Source: Trichormus sp. ATA11-4-KO1 (GTDB lineage: Bacteria > Cyanobacteriota > Cyanobacteriia > Cyanobacteriales > Nostocaceae). From it: DNA of 64,000 nucleotides. This document shows positions 52,275-62,366 of this stretch, in pieces. The stretch spans positions 1-64,000 of the forward strand of contig JAHHIM010000014.1 of NCBI GenBank assembly GCA_019358915.1, given 5' to 3'. The notes under the pieces were generated by a model. That model saw only the letters and a list, made by a program, of their open reading frames with translations, was not told where the DNA came from and did no database searches. The position numbers were made by a program, and so were the translations under genes. Each line of letters opens with the position of its first letter. The first letter of the stretch is position 1.

Positions 52275-53629
52275 TAATAATTCCCTGGTCTGGCTAAGTT
52301 TTTAAACTTTGTAAATTGCGGGTCGAATAAAAGCTTAACAGTGCCTGTCGGGCCATTACGATGTTTAGCGACGATCGCCTCGGCAATTCCGCGATCGGGA
52401 CTATCGCTGTTATAGTAATCATCGCGGTATAACATGATGACTAAATCCGCGTCTTGCTCGATACTGCCACTTTCCCTTAAATCTGACAACATCGGCCGCT
52501 TATTGGTACGCGCTTCTACTCCTCGACTCAACTGAGACAGGGCAATTACTGGCACAGATAATTCACGAGCTAAACCTTTAAGAGAACGGGTAATCCTCGA
52601 TAATTCTTGAACGCGGTTATCACCTGCACCTTCCATTAATTGCAGGTAATCTATCACTACTAATCCTAGTTCCATGCCTTGTTCTGCTTGCAGTCGCCTG
52701 GCCTGACTCCGCATTTGAGTAACGGTAATATTCGGTGTGTCGTCAATAAATATGGGCATTTCCGAAAGCATCCCAATGGCGCGGCTTAAGGGTTCCCACT
52801 GTGTTTGACTGATACGTCCACTGCGGAGATAACCTGATTCAATTCCGGCTTCACTAGCCAATAACCTCTGGACTAGCTGTTCTTTGGACATTTCTAAACT
52901 AAAAACAGCAACCGGTAATTTATAACCTGCGGCAATATTGTGAGCGAGATTTAGGCAAAATGCTGTTTTTCCCATTGATGGCCTGCCAGCAATAATAATC
53001 AAATCAGAACGCTGGAAGCCACTGGTCATGGAATCTAAATCATAGAAGCCGCAAGGAATCCCAGGTAGGGCAATGCCTTGATGACGAGTTTCAATATCTT
53101 GGAAGGTATTAATTAGGGTATCAGAAATGTGAATTAGACCTGATTGGGGACGTTCTTGAGTAACGCCGAAAACTTGCTGTTCTGCTTTGTCTAAAACTGT
53201 TGGTAATTCTGTTTCTGTCTCGTAACCCAAATGCACAATTTCGTTGCCAGCTTTAATTAATCGCCGCCGCAGGTATTTTTCCATGACCAACCCTGCTAAA
53301 GCGTCGATGTTAACGGCTGACACTGTGCGGTCTACGAGAGTGGCTAATTTATTTCTACCACCAATGCGGGCGAGGATATCGTTATCAGCTAGCCAACTTG
53401 TGACTGAGAGTAAGTCTGTGGGTTTACCTTGAGCATGGAGGCGTAGCGCTGCTTGATAGATATCTTTGTGAGCGCTGATATAAAATGCTTCAGGAATCAG
53501 GCGATCGCTAACTCGACCAATCGCTTCTGGATCTAGTAAAATTCCCCCCAAAATCGCTTCTTCTGCCTCAATGTTTTGGGGTGGCAGGCGATCGCTACCA
53601 TCGCCTTGAAAACTCAGTTCTTCAGCCAT
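52274..53629 (-). CDS. dnaB: Replicative DNA helicase, intein-free
   Basis: PPQNIEAE, GRPSMGKT, FSLEMS, DYLQLM, LSQLSR, LRESGSIEQDAD, KHRNGP. Confidence 0.98.
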   Translation of the reverse strand: MAEELSFQGDGSDRLPPQNIEAEEAILGGILLDPEAIGRVSDRLIPEAFYISAHKDIYQAALRLHAQGKPTDLLSVTSWLADNDILARIGGRNKLATLVDRTVSAVNIDALAGLVMEKYLRRRLIKAGNEIVHLGYETETELPTVLDKAEQQVFGVTQERPQSGLIHISDTLINTFQDIETRHQGIALPGIPCGFYDLDSMTSGFQRSDLIIIAGRPSMGKTAFCLNLAHNIAAGYKLPVAVFSLEMSKEQLVQRLLASEAGIESGYLRSGRISQTQWEPLSRAIGMLSEMPIFIDDTPNITVTQMRSQARRLQAEQGMELGLVVIDYLQLMEGAGDNRVQELSRITRSLKGLARELSVPVIALSQLSRGVEARTNKRPMLSDLRESGSIEQDADLVIMLYRDDYYNSDSPDRGIAEAIVAKHRNGPTGTVKLLFDPQFTKFKNLARPGNY

Positions 53630-53700
53630 AAACGATTTTAGTTGCGAGATTTTGGATTTGAGCTTGGGGGTTCACTATTACCCTTATAGTCCAAAATCTT

Positions 53701-53779
53701 GGGGAGAATGCTGTAGAGGCAATTTTATTCACAACAGATTCTCCCCACCTACTCAACAAACTGTTGAGTGTTGAGTAGG
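53701..53779 (-). terminator. Two hairpins between rplI and dnaB
   Basis: ggggagaat...attctcccc and cctactcaaca...tgttgagtagg. Confidence 0.5.
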
Positions 53780-53851
53780 GGAAAAGCATTGACGGTACTT
53801 GCTCAAGAAAATTCTTGTTCTTTCTTCTGACTCAGGAAGCACTCCTAAAAT

Positions 53852-54310
53852 TTAGCTGGCTACAACTTCAATATTGATTTGGGCTGTAACATCGGAATGC
53901 AGCTTAATTTCAGCTTTGTAAGTACCCAGATGGTTAATATCGGGAATGGTAATTCCCCGCCGATCAATTTCTTGACTGGTAGCTGCTTGAATTGCCTCTG
54001 CCACATCTTGGGTGGTGACTGTACCGAAAATTGCTTCGTTTTCACCCAGTTGTTTGGCAATTTGCAAGCTGCCAATTTTTTCCAAAGCGGCTTTTTGTTC
54101 TAGCGCTTGTTGACGGAGTTCTAACTGCCGTTGACGTTCTTGCTCACGGCGGCGTTCTACCTGCTTGAGAATACCGGGAGTGGCATGGGTTGCCAATTTC
54201 TGGGGAATTAGATAGTTACGAGCATAGCCGGGAGCTACATCTACTAAGTCGCCAGATTTACCCAGCTTGCTAATATCTTGATTTAAAACTAACTGCACAC
54301 GTTTCGCCAT
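53852..54310 (-). CDS. rplI: 50S ribosomal protein L9
   Basis: [27 protein letters not shown]; start reassigned to ATG 54310 (MAKRVQ). Confidence 0.97.
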   Translation of the reverse strand: MAKRVQLVLNQDISKLGKSGDLVDVAPGYARNYLIPQKLATHATPGILKQVERRREQERQRQLELRQQALEQKAALEKIGSLQIAKQLGENEAIFGTVTTQDVAEAIQAATSQEIDRRGITIPDINHLGTYKAEIKLHSDVTAQINIEVVAS

Positions 54311-54625
54311 CGGTTTCGTTTTTCCTGTAAAATTCTGATTAATTTGGGTTTCAGCAGCATAGCTCACATGAGTGTAGCTTGATCCCCAGCAGCTTTGCTT
54401 GTACCCCAAAGCTTACAGATCCTAGCGAATCGTCGGGTGCGATCGCAACTATTTGGTAATGAAAAAATCAAGTTGCGATCGCCAATGGCTGGAAATCGAA
54501 TGGCACTAAGCTTCCTTTGGTCGCAATTAGTCAGAAGAGCATCCCTCGCTCCTCGAACCTCTGACTTCTGACTTTGTTGAACGTGACATAATCGAGACAG
54601 ATCGATGTGCGGAGGGAGAACTCAG

Positions 54626-55207
54626 ATGCCACAACTGATCGATAAAACAACAGATCAACGCCTGATTCATCACGGGGTGACGTGGGAGCAATTCAAGCTG
54701 ATTCAAAAAGGCTTTGAAACCTCTCCTGGCATTCGATTGTTCTATTACAACGGTATTATCGAAATTCTGATGCCTGGACGCGACCACGAATTCTTTAAAA
54801 CGTTGATTGGACTCTTACTAGAAACGTTCTTTGTGGAGAAAGGAATCGAGTTTGAGCCAACAGGTTCAATGGATCAAGAAAAAGAAGGCGAAGTCTGTGT
54901 TCAAGCGGATGAATCCTATTGTGTTGGAACCTCCAAGCCGTGCCCTGACTTATCGATCGAAGTTATTTTTACCAGTGGCAGCGTGAAAAAATTAGAGCGG
55001 TATCATGCCCTAGGCGTGCCAGAGGTCTGGTTTTGGGAAGATGGACTGCTAACCATGCATCATTTGCGATCGCCGGGCTACGAACGCATCTATCGCAGCG
55101 AAATTCCTGAACTGGCAAGCCTTGATCTCGATTTATTCATTCGCTGCGTTCTGATCGCAGAAACGTCCAGACTGGAAGCGGTGCGAGTGTTCAAGCAAGG
55201 CATTTAG
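54626..55207 (+). CDS. Uma2-family putative endonuclease
   Basis: GVTWEQF, EILMPG, QADESY, PDLSIEV, LGVPEVWFW; start at ATG 54626 after ggaggg. Confidence 0.9.
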   Translation: MPQLIDKTTDQRLIHHGVTWEQFKLIQKGFETSPGIRLFYYNGIIEILMPGRDHEFFKTLIGLLLETFFVEKGIEFEPTGSMDQEKEGEVCVQADESYCVGTSKPCPDLSIEVIFTSGSVKKLERYHALGVPEVWFWEDGLLTMHHLRSPGYERIYRSEIPELASLDLDLFIRCVLIAETSRLEAVRVFKQGI

Positions 55208-55297
55208 CCAAACTTTTTGCCGCACTGCTGTTTTTGATAAAAGATACGCACGAATGGGGGGATGGGGAGTGGGATATATTCTTGATTGGAGGGTTGG

Positions 55298-55948
55298 ATG
55301 ATGTTGCTAGAACTAAGGCGATTGAGCATTCCGCCGGGTCAACGGGTGTTGTTGCATGAGGTGAGTTGGCAAGAGTTTGAGTTGATTTTAGAGGAGTTGG
55401 GAGACCATCGATCGGCTCGCATTGCTTATGACAATGGAATTCTGGAGATTATGACACCCTTACCTGAACATGAAGCGGCTAAAGAAGTCGTTGGAGATTT
55501 GGTCAAGGCACTGTTAGAAGAACTTGACATTGAGTTTTTAACGTTGGGTTCAACGACCTTCAAGAATCAAGCTATGTTCAAGGGGATTGAGCCAGATCAG
55601 TGTTTTTATATTCAAAATGAGCTAGCTGTTCGGGGCAAGAAACGACTGGATTTGGCGGTTGATCCACCTCCTGATTTAGCACTGGAAATTGACATTACCT
55701 CTCGAACCCATCCAAGTATTTACCAAGCGCTGGGAGTGCCTGAGCTTTGGCGATTTGATCGAGGTAAATTACAGATTAACGTGCTGCGGCAAGGGAAGTA
55801 TGTGGAGGTTGAGAATAGTCCCACATTTCCAGGAATGCCGTTAACCGAGGTAATTCTCCGATATTTGGAACAGAGTAGAACCGCAGGTAGAAATGCAACT
55901 ATGAAAGCTTTTCGGCAGTGGGTGAGAGAGAGAATGAAAGACACATAA
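55298..55948 (+). CDS. Uma2-family putative endonuclease
   Basis: VSWQEFE, LEIMTP, EPDQCFY, PPPDLALEID, LGVPELWR. Confidence 0.9.
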   Translation: MMLLELRRLSIPPGQRVLLHEVSWQEFELILEELGDHRSARIAYDNGILEIMTPLPEHEAAKEVVGDLVKALLEELDIEFLTLGSTTFKNQAMFKGIEPDQCFYIQNELAVRGKKRLDLAVDPPPDLALEIDITSRTHPSIYQALGVPELWRFDRGKLQINVLRQGKYVEVENSPTFPGMPLTEVILRYLEQSRTAGRNATMKAFRQWVRERMKDT

Positions 55949-55966
55949 TTTGCATCAAGAGTCATT

Positions 55967-56030
55967 ATGCCAATAACTGGCGCGAACACATTGTTAGTCA
56001 TCCAGATGTTTTGCAGGGTAAGCGGATCTG
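55967..56030 (+). pseudogene. 5' fragment of a DUF433-family gene
   Basis: Frame starting at 55972 reads NNWREHIVSHPDVLQGK; the ATG at 55967 is out of frame. Confidence 0.55.
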
Positions 56031-56266
56031 TCCCCTTGTTCCCTTGTCCCTCTTTCATAACTTGGCTGTGAAACTCGTCATCGGATCTGCCTAAAGAGAG
56101 ATTTTTATTTATGTTTGCTTTATTAAGGAAGCTTTTCATAATCGTTTATGTCAAAATTGTTTTGAATAGTTATCACAGAATACAGATAAAGTCAAAAAAC
56201 TCACGTTAATTTTTTAACATAATAGAAAAATAAAATAATATTTATTAAATTAATAAAATTAGCGTT

Positions 56267-57166
56267 ATGCCCAACTTTCCTCATAAACCAGACTCAGATT
56301 CTTCTAATTCACCAGACTCAGACTCTTCTAATACAACTAATTCTATTTTTAACTTATTTAGTAATATTTTTACCAGTTTTACTATCTCTAACCTAATAAA
56401 TAATCCTTTTTTTGCACATTATTTAAAAAATCATCCTTTTATTGCCAATTCGTTGATTTTTTTGATTATACTTCTTAGTGGTGGAAATCTATATCAAATT
56501 CTTATAAACAATAAAATTTCCGATTTAGAGTTTCAAACTCAAGTATGTCAAAACAACCAAAAACTAATAGAAGAACACTTAGCAATAAAAGAAGAAGCAA
56601 GTAATATAAATATTTTGCCACAAGTCATAGTTGATAATAATAGCAATATTAATTTCTTACCATTTTATTGTGAATATTCAATAGAAATAAATAATAAAAA
56701 ATATTCTGAGCAAATTTATTTAAGACGTTCGCCTATCTTTGCTGAATATATCAATGAAGCTTATCATAAGAATGAAATTAAAATGAATATGATAGATGTG
56801 TGTCAGCACCCTATTATGAAAGAGCAGATGAAGCTAGATGCTAAGAGTAATCATTTTTATGATGAGAAAAAAGGAGACATTATAAAAGCAGGAAAACCAG
56901 AGATTTTAAAAGAAAAAACATATGTTTATCCAGTACATCGATGGGTTTGTCACTATTCAATTCAAAGACCAGTTAAAGGAGTTGGATCTCATTTAATAAG
57001 TAGACACTACTCTAAGATAGACCTTGATTTAAAACCATATTGTTCAAAAAAAGCATCAGATGAAGGTAGAAATTTTGTTGAACCCCACTATCATGATTAT
57101 GATAATCCTTATTCCTTTTATTGCACAGATCCTTATTCACGTCCTGATTCAAGAGAGCAAGGGTAA
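56267..57166 (+). CDS. AT-rich hypothetical protein with one TM helix
   Basis: 299-aa ORF; PDSDSSN duplicated; TM IANSLIFLIILLSGG; Cys-containing C-terminal region. Confidence 0.65.
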   Translation: MPNFPHKPDSDSSNSPDSDSSNTTNSIFNLFSNIFTSFTISNLINNPFFAHYLKNHPFIANSLIFLIILLSGGNLYQILINNKISDLEFQTQVCQNNQKLIEEHLAIKEEASNINILPQVIVDNNSNINFLPFYCEYSIEINNKKYSEQIYLRRSPIFAEYINEAYHKNEIKMNMIDVCQHPIMKEQMKLDAKSNHFYDEKKGDIIKAGKPEILKEKTYVYPVHRWVCHYSIQRPVKGVGSHLISRHYSKIDLDLKPYCSKKASDEGRNFVEPHYHDYDNPYSFYCTDPYSRPDSREQG

Positions 57167-57212
57167 ATCATCAGCACTTACCATCCCTTTCTTGTTTACA
57201 AAGTGCTTGTAA

Positions 57213-58154
57213 TTAATCGCTTAAAACGCCTTTCTTAATTTTACGGACTTGATTTTTAACTTTATCTAAGGTTTCTTGCAACTGAGTTTTTTCTACTGGT
57301 GTAGGGATATTTGCCACAGGTAACGCTGGATTGAGATGACGATAGTGTTGCCAAATTTCCCAGTAGGGACAACCGGGTTGAATCCGAATACCTGCCCAGT
57401 GAAGATATTGTAGAGGTTGATTGACAGTAGGATCAAAAAGAATTTTGCCTTGAGTCTGAAAGTGGTGAGTCCCGCCCCAATTACCTGGTGCTTTACCCTC
57501 TCTGCGAACTACATTGAAGCGGCGCGGAATGCGCTTGAGCAACATATAATTAATAATCGGTTGGTCAGAAGTTTTTTCAGAAAAGTCAAAATACTCTGGA
57601 TGAGCAGCACACTCAGCAAAAGTTTCGTACAAATCATTTTCCGAAATTAAGTTTTTCTTTGACCCCCAAAATCCGCCATTGAAAATATCTTTGATTTCAG
57701 TTTCAGTAAATACTTTTTCTTCTAAAACTTTGGCACTAAAAACATTTCTAATTCCCCCTAAATGTTGATAATCACAACAAATAAAGTCGTTTGTAGCTAG
57801 GTAATTCAGATTATCAATTATTTTTTCAAAGACAACAATATCAGTATCAATATACAAAAACTCATCAAACGGGCCAAACCAACAAGCTTGCTTGCGAAAT
57901 TGATTAGGACGGGCGAAAAATTGTCCCCCAAAGGTTTGATGTAAATTCTGGGAAAGCCTGTCGATAAATTCTAAATCTTCGTAGACTTGCACACCATAAT
58001 ATTTATTGAGTGTGTCTGCGATTTTGTGATAATTATCATCATAAGGAATCATGATAATTGGTGTATCCGCATCATGCAATCGGATACTATTAAGTAAGGC
58101 GATCGCATGATCCATCACCTTATCATTAGCAATAATATAAATTCCCCGACTCAT
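57213..58154 (-). CDS. GT-A fold (GT8-like) nucleotide-sugar transferase
   Basis: GPFDEFLYIDTD, FNGGFW, DQPIINY, YLHWAG. Confidence 0.8.
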   Translation of the reverse strand: MSRGIYIIANDKVMDHAIALLNSIRLHDADTPIIMIPYDDNYHKIADTLNKYYGVQVYEDLEFIDRLSQNLHQTFGGQFFARPNQFRKQACWFGPFDEFLYIDTDIVVFEKIIDNLNYLATNDFICCDYQHLGGIRNVFSAKVLEEKVFTETEIKDIFNGGFWGSKKNLISENDLYETFAECAAHPEYFDFSEKTSDQPIINYMLLKRIPRRFNVVRREGKAPGNWGGTHHFQTQGKILFDPTVNQPLQYLHWAGIRIQPGCPYWEIWQHYRHLNPALPVANIPTPVEKTQLQETLDKVKNQVRKIKKGVLSD

Positions 58155-58163
58155 GTTTCCACC

Positions 58164-59159
58164 TCAATTTGTTAATCCTAATTTTCTTAAAACTTTTGTA
58201 GCTAAACCTGAGTTAGCTTTTTGATTTTTCGGTTGAGTTGTGAACTGTGGTCGCTTATCTGGTTCATGCAGATAGCGATAATGCAAGAAAATATCTCTGT
58301 AGGGAAAATCAATATTTTCTCCCTCACATACTTGCCTAAATAATTGAGAAGATAAACCAATATAGTGAATATAAGTTAATCGTTGACCTTTGTCATATAA
58401 AATATTGTCTTTTGCTTCAAAATGTGTAGAAGTCACACAACAACCTGTTCTTTCACTCTGAGATAAATGATGAGCAAAGTTATAGCTAGAAATACCTGAA
58501 CGCATAACCATGTAGTTAAGAATGGTTTGGTCAGGAGCCATATCATAGAGGATTTCTGCTTCGCCTTGGCACAGTTTATCTAGTAATAATTCTCGGCTTT
58601 GGGCATTAAAAATCCCTTTTTTAGAACCATAAAATCCAGAACAAAATATTTCTGTTTGTAGTTGTTCTGCTGAAAATATTTCTGTCAATTTTGGCGAAGA
58701 TGCATTATAAACATGAGACAAATCTGTGTACTGAAAGTCATACACTACCCAGTCATGGTGATTTAGTTGTCTAAATACTTCTGTTAATGAACTCATTAAT
58801 AAAGTATCAGCATCCATATAGACAAAGCGGTCAAAAGGCCCATCAAATGCACCATAACGTCTATGAGTACCAACTCGATGATATTTGTTACTACCTAATT
58901 TCGACCAATGTGCTTGAGCGGTAGGGTGAACATCCCAAATATTACAAACAAATTCATCCCATTGTTGCATTGACTCTTGATTATCGTAAATTTGCACATT
59001 GGGGCGATGAGCAATTTCCGCAGCAATTTGTGCTGTATTATCATCATAAGGATAGATACAAACAGGCATATCTTGCCCATAAATGGCTTCTATACTATTA
59101 AGTAAAGCAACAAGTTGGTCATAAACTCGGTCGTTGGCAAGGGTACAAATACCATCCAT
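58164..59159 (-). CDS. GT-A fold (GT8-like) nucleotide-sugar transferase, paralogue of the downstream gene
   Basis: GPFDRFVYMDAD, FCSGFY, DQTILNY, YIHYIG. Confidence 0.8.
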   Translation of the reverse strand: MDGICTLANDRVYDQLVALLNSIEAIYGQDMPVCIYPYDDNTAQIAAEIAHRPNVQIYDNQESMQQWDEFVCNIWDVHPTAQAHWSKLGSNKYHRVGTHRRYGAFDGPFDRFVYMDADTLLMSSLTEVFRQLNHHDWVVYDFQYTDLSHVYNASSPKLTEIFSAEQLQTEIFCSGFYGSKKGIFNAQSRELLLDKLCQGEAEILYDMAPDQTILNYMVMRSGISSYNFAHHLSQSERTGCCVTSTHFEAKDNILYDKGQRLTYIHYIGLSSQLFRQVCEGENIDFPYRDIFLHYRYLHEPDKRPQFTTQPKNQKANSGLATKVLRKLGLTN

Positions 59160-59174
59160 ATAAAAATCCCAAAT

Positions 59175-60140
59175 TTAGCAAGAGAATTTAGCGACAAATT
59201 CTGATAACCAGTTAAGTAGATTTAATTGATGTAAAATAATTTGTCTAGCTTCGGCGATCGCATCTTTAGCAGCATACCAAGCATCAGGAGTAGCCGTCAC
59301 TTCTTGGATGTAGGCAATACCTTTGGCATCTAAACTAGGCAACCGCAAAAAACTACCAGGTGGTAGTAATTTATCGGCGGCTGGGCTACCATAGTAAATT
59401 GGTAAACACCATGCCAACAAAGCATCCCATAATTTCTCACTTACATACCAATTATTTTCGGCATAATTTTCAATTGCCAGATTGTAATAGTAAGGTGCCA
59501 TACCATGCCATTTGTTACCTAATTCCCCTGATTTTGTGGCCCATGTAGGTAAATCACGCCCATACAAATCAAATTTAATGTTACTTGATTGTAAAGACTG
59601 TAAAAAGTCTAACCTCTGGCGATGGTTGGCTGTGCGACTAATTCCCGAAGTAATCCAACTACAAGGAGAAACTTTTTCAGGAGGTGGCATTTCATTTAAT
59701 TCGCGAAATGAGTTGGTATGATACCAAATCGCCGGCATGTAATCAGGTGTGGGGGCAAAATCATCAGGGCCGGAAGTATAACCGCAATACTTTTGTGCTT
59801 CCTGATAATTGCGTTTATTTCTTTCCACAACTTCAGTTAATGGTGGTTCGCGTAAAAGATAAATCACCCGCTCTTGGGGAACACCTTTAAGGATAGAATT
59901 AACATCAAATTCTGGTTTTTGTCGTTTTTGACTTAACTTTTCCCACCAGGATTGCTGCTGAGGAAATTCTGGAAAGTCAAACTGATACATTAGCAAAAAG
60001 TCGGGTTTTGATGCTAATGCCTGCATTTGGATATTGCCCCAAATACCAAGCTGATTGGGGGTTTGTTGCCATAGCCAATCGGCTTTTTTATCCAAACCTC
60101 GATAGCTGCTAATCATGCCAACTGTTTTTCTATCCATCAT
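59175..60140 (-). CDS. GT10 (alpha-1,3-fucosyltransferase-like) protein
   Basis: YYYNLAIEN...YVSEKLWDAL...LPIYYG motif. Confidence 0.82.
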   Translation of the reverse strand: MMDRKTVGMISSYRGLDKKADWLWQQTPNQLGIWGNIQMQALASKPDFLLMYQFDFPEFPQQQSWWEKLSQKRQKPEFDVNSILKGVPQERVIYLLREPPLTEVVERNKRNYQEAQKYCGYTSGPDDFAPTPDYMPAIWYHTNSFRELNEMPPPEKVSPCSWITSGISRTANHRQRLDFLQSLQSSNIKFDLYGRDLPTWATKSGELGNKWHGMAPYYYNLAIENYAENNWYVSEKLWDALLAWCLPIYYGSPAADKLLPPGSFLRLPSLDAKGIAYIQEVTATPDAWYAAKDAIAEARQIILHQLNLLNWLSEFVAKFSC

Positions 60141-60170
60141 GAGTTAATATTTATTATTTAATAATTTAGC

Positions 60171-61382
60171 TTAACTTATAAGTTGAGGAAGGAGATTTTT
60201 ATCAACGTAACTCAGGATTTTTGCTGCTCGATTTTCCCAAGAAAATTGCTTTACAAATTCGATATTATCTGCGTAACCTTCTAGTTTTCTGGGACGATTT
60301 TCTAAAACATATTTCAAAGATGCGGCAAATTTAGTGGGGTTATCAGGCTCACACCAAGCAGCGATCGCCTGAGTATTTTTAAATTCCAGTAACGAGGGAA
60401 TTTCCGTCGCGACAATGGGATTTCCAGAAGCCAAATAATCAAATAACTTTAAAGGAGATGTAAAAGTTGCCGCTTTTCCAGAACAATGAGGATGAGCTAA
60501 AATATCGGCTGCTTGTAGTAGAGATGCTAATTGATCATGCAAAACGTAGCCTAAAAATATAATGTTGTCTACCTGTTTTTCTTTAGCTAATTGCTGATAA
60601 TGTTCTACTTCTGTTGTCTTTCCGCCTGCACAAGCAAATTGCACATTTGGCATTTTGGCAGCAACATCAATGAGTACATCAATACCTTTAAATCGCTGTA
60701 ACGCTCCTGCGTATACTACCAGATGCGATCGCCCATTTATCAGCAGCTTTTCGCGCCATTCTGCTGCTTTGTCTGGTTGTCTAGTCATAAACAACCGATT
60801 ATAACCATTATGTAGGGTAATTACTTTTGCCGATGGCATACCATTTTTGATCATGCTGTCGCGAATAGTATCTACGACTGTTACAGCAAGTTGTAATAAT
60901 GGACTTTTAACGATTTCTGGCTCAAACTGTTTATTTTCATGGTGGTGATGTTCGTAAATTGCCGGAACACCATTTGTAATGGCAGCTTTTACTAAATTCC
61001 AGTTGCGACTGTGAACAAGCTTTGTCGTGGGAAATATATGAAAGGGAAAATAATATTTGGTAAAGATAGTGTTGGAGTTAGTCAATTTGCTTTGAAAACG
61101 ATCAATCGGCCAAGGCATTGGCAAAGGAGCCACTTTTAATTTATCTTGGAGATTGTAATATTTAACAATTTCTTCAGGTATTTTTCTCGGTTGAAAAGGA
61201 CGATATAAATTAGCTGGATTAATATAATTTAATTTTTTATCAGGATATACTAAAACTGTTGAATATCCTAAGTTTGCCGCACCATTTGCCGCATTTGTAG
61301 ATTGAACTAAATGAGCTTCTGGCTTTGGTAATTCTTCTTGAACAAAGAAAATATAATGTTTCTTGAAACTCGGATTTTTCAT
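60171..61382 (-). CDS. GT4 glycosyltransferase
   Basis: VYAGAL...KGID, SPLKLFDYLASGNPIV, FSWENRA. Confidence 0.88.
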   Translation of the reverse strand: MKNPSFKKHYIFFVQEELPKPEAHLVQSTNAANGAANLGYSTVLVYPDKKLNYINPANLYRPFQPRKIPEEIVKYYNLQDKLKVAPLPMPWPIDRFQSKLTNSNTIFTKYYFPFHIFPTTKLVHSRNWNLVKAAITNGVPAIYEHHHHENKQFEPEIVKSPLLQLAVTVVDTIRDSMIKNGMPSAKVITLHNGYNRLFMTRQPDKAAEWREKLLINGRSHLVVYAGALQRFKGIDVLIDVAAKMPNVQFACAGGKTTEVEHYQQLAKEKQVDNIIFLGYVLHDQLASLLQAADILAHPHCSGKAATFTSPLKLFDYLASGNPIVATEIPSLLEFKNTQAIAAWCEPDNPTKFAASLKYVLENRPRKLEGYADNIEFVKQFSWENRAAKILSYVDKNLLPQLIS

Positions 61383-61392
61383 ATACTTAATC

Positions 61393-62271
61393 TTAAGTTC
61401 CTGTATCAGATAACATATTCAATATTTGCAAGTAGAACCAATGATTACGTTCACGATTCTCGTCAAGGCTCTCAGGGTAAGCCTTACAGTCTTTTAGATA
61501 ATGCTGCCAATCATCAATTTTACAGGAAAACTTATTTTGATAACGAAACTCAAAAAAGGTTTTTTTGAATAGTGACAATTTGAATTTGTGCTGTAACCAC
61601 TTCTGAATGGGAAAAATACCAGGAGTATGTTTCAGAGTCCAAAACTTACTACTAAAGGGAAAAGATAAAACTTTTCTCCCCAGCAGTGTACCCCAGTATG
61701 CCCCATGATAAGAACTGGTTAATATAGTTTCACCTGATCCTAAAAAATCTAAAATTTCCTCAATATCTTGATTATTATTAGTCAGTTGCGGAAAATTACC
61801 AATTTTTATCTGGAATTTTTTATGCGAAAAAACTACAAATTCATGTTTTATTTCTCGTTTTTTATCAAAGGCTGGGTGCATACAACTAGCGCAAGGAACC
61901 CAATGAGAACTATAGTTAAAATCTCGAATACCAACTAAGTCAAAATTATGCAGATATTGAGAATAGTCAAAATCTTGTAATTTTTGTGGCGCAAAAGAAC
62001 TACCATAAATTTGCTGACCAATTCCCCAAGCAATTAACTTTGTATCTGCTTTAGACTCAATAAGTTGAGAGAATGCATGTAAAAATGGAGAGTATAAAAG
62101 TCCACCTCCACCCACAATAATATGTTTACTTCTTATGTCATCAATGTTTATTGTGCGGATATCGGCTTGTTCAACAGTATATCCAGGAAAAGCAAAATAT
62201 TTTGTGGGAGCGGAGAATAAATCTCCAATGTTTGTGGGATCAATGACATGGTAATTAATAATTGATTTCAT
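61393..62271 (-). CDS. Polysaccharide pyruvyl-transferase-like protein
   Basis: NIGD, IVGGGGL, WGIG, GIRD, TSSYHG. Confidence 0.72.
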   Translation of the reverse strand: MKSIINYHVIDPTNIGDLFSAPTKYFAFPGYTVEQADIRTINIDDIRSKHIIVGGGGLLYSPFLHAFSQLIESKADTKLIAWGIGQQIYGSSFAPQKLQDFDYSQYLHNFDLVGIRDFNYSSHWVPCASCMHPAFDKKREIKHEFVVFSHKKFQIKIGNFPQLTNNNQDIEEILDFLGSGETILTSSYHGAYWGTLLGRKVLSFPFSSKFWTLKHTPGIFPIQKWLQHKFKLSLFKKTFFEFRYQNKFSCKIDDWQHYLKDCKAYPESLDENRERNHWFYLQILNMLSDTGT

Positions 62272-62366
62272 TAGTCCAGGGATATTTAACCCAAAAATAG
62301 TGTTGGTTTTTGTTAGACTTTTCTATAATTTTGGCTAACATATTTTTACTCCAAATTTCTGGTAAA

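Noticed and set aside
52274..53629. Intein in DnaB
   Set aside because: LRESGSIEQDAD is uninterrupted and the protein length is normal
54311..54409. N-terminal extension of L9 in the ORF track
   Set aside because: Arises from an upstream TTG; the canonical protein starts at MAKRVQ
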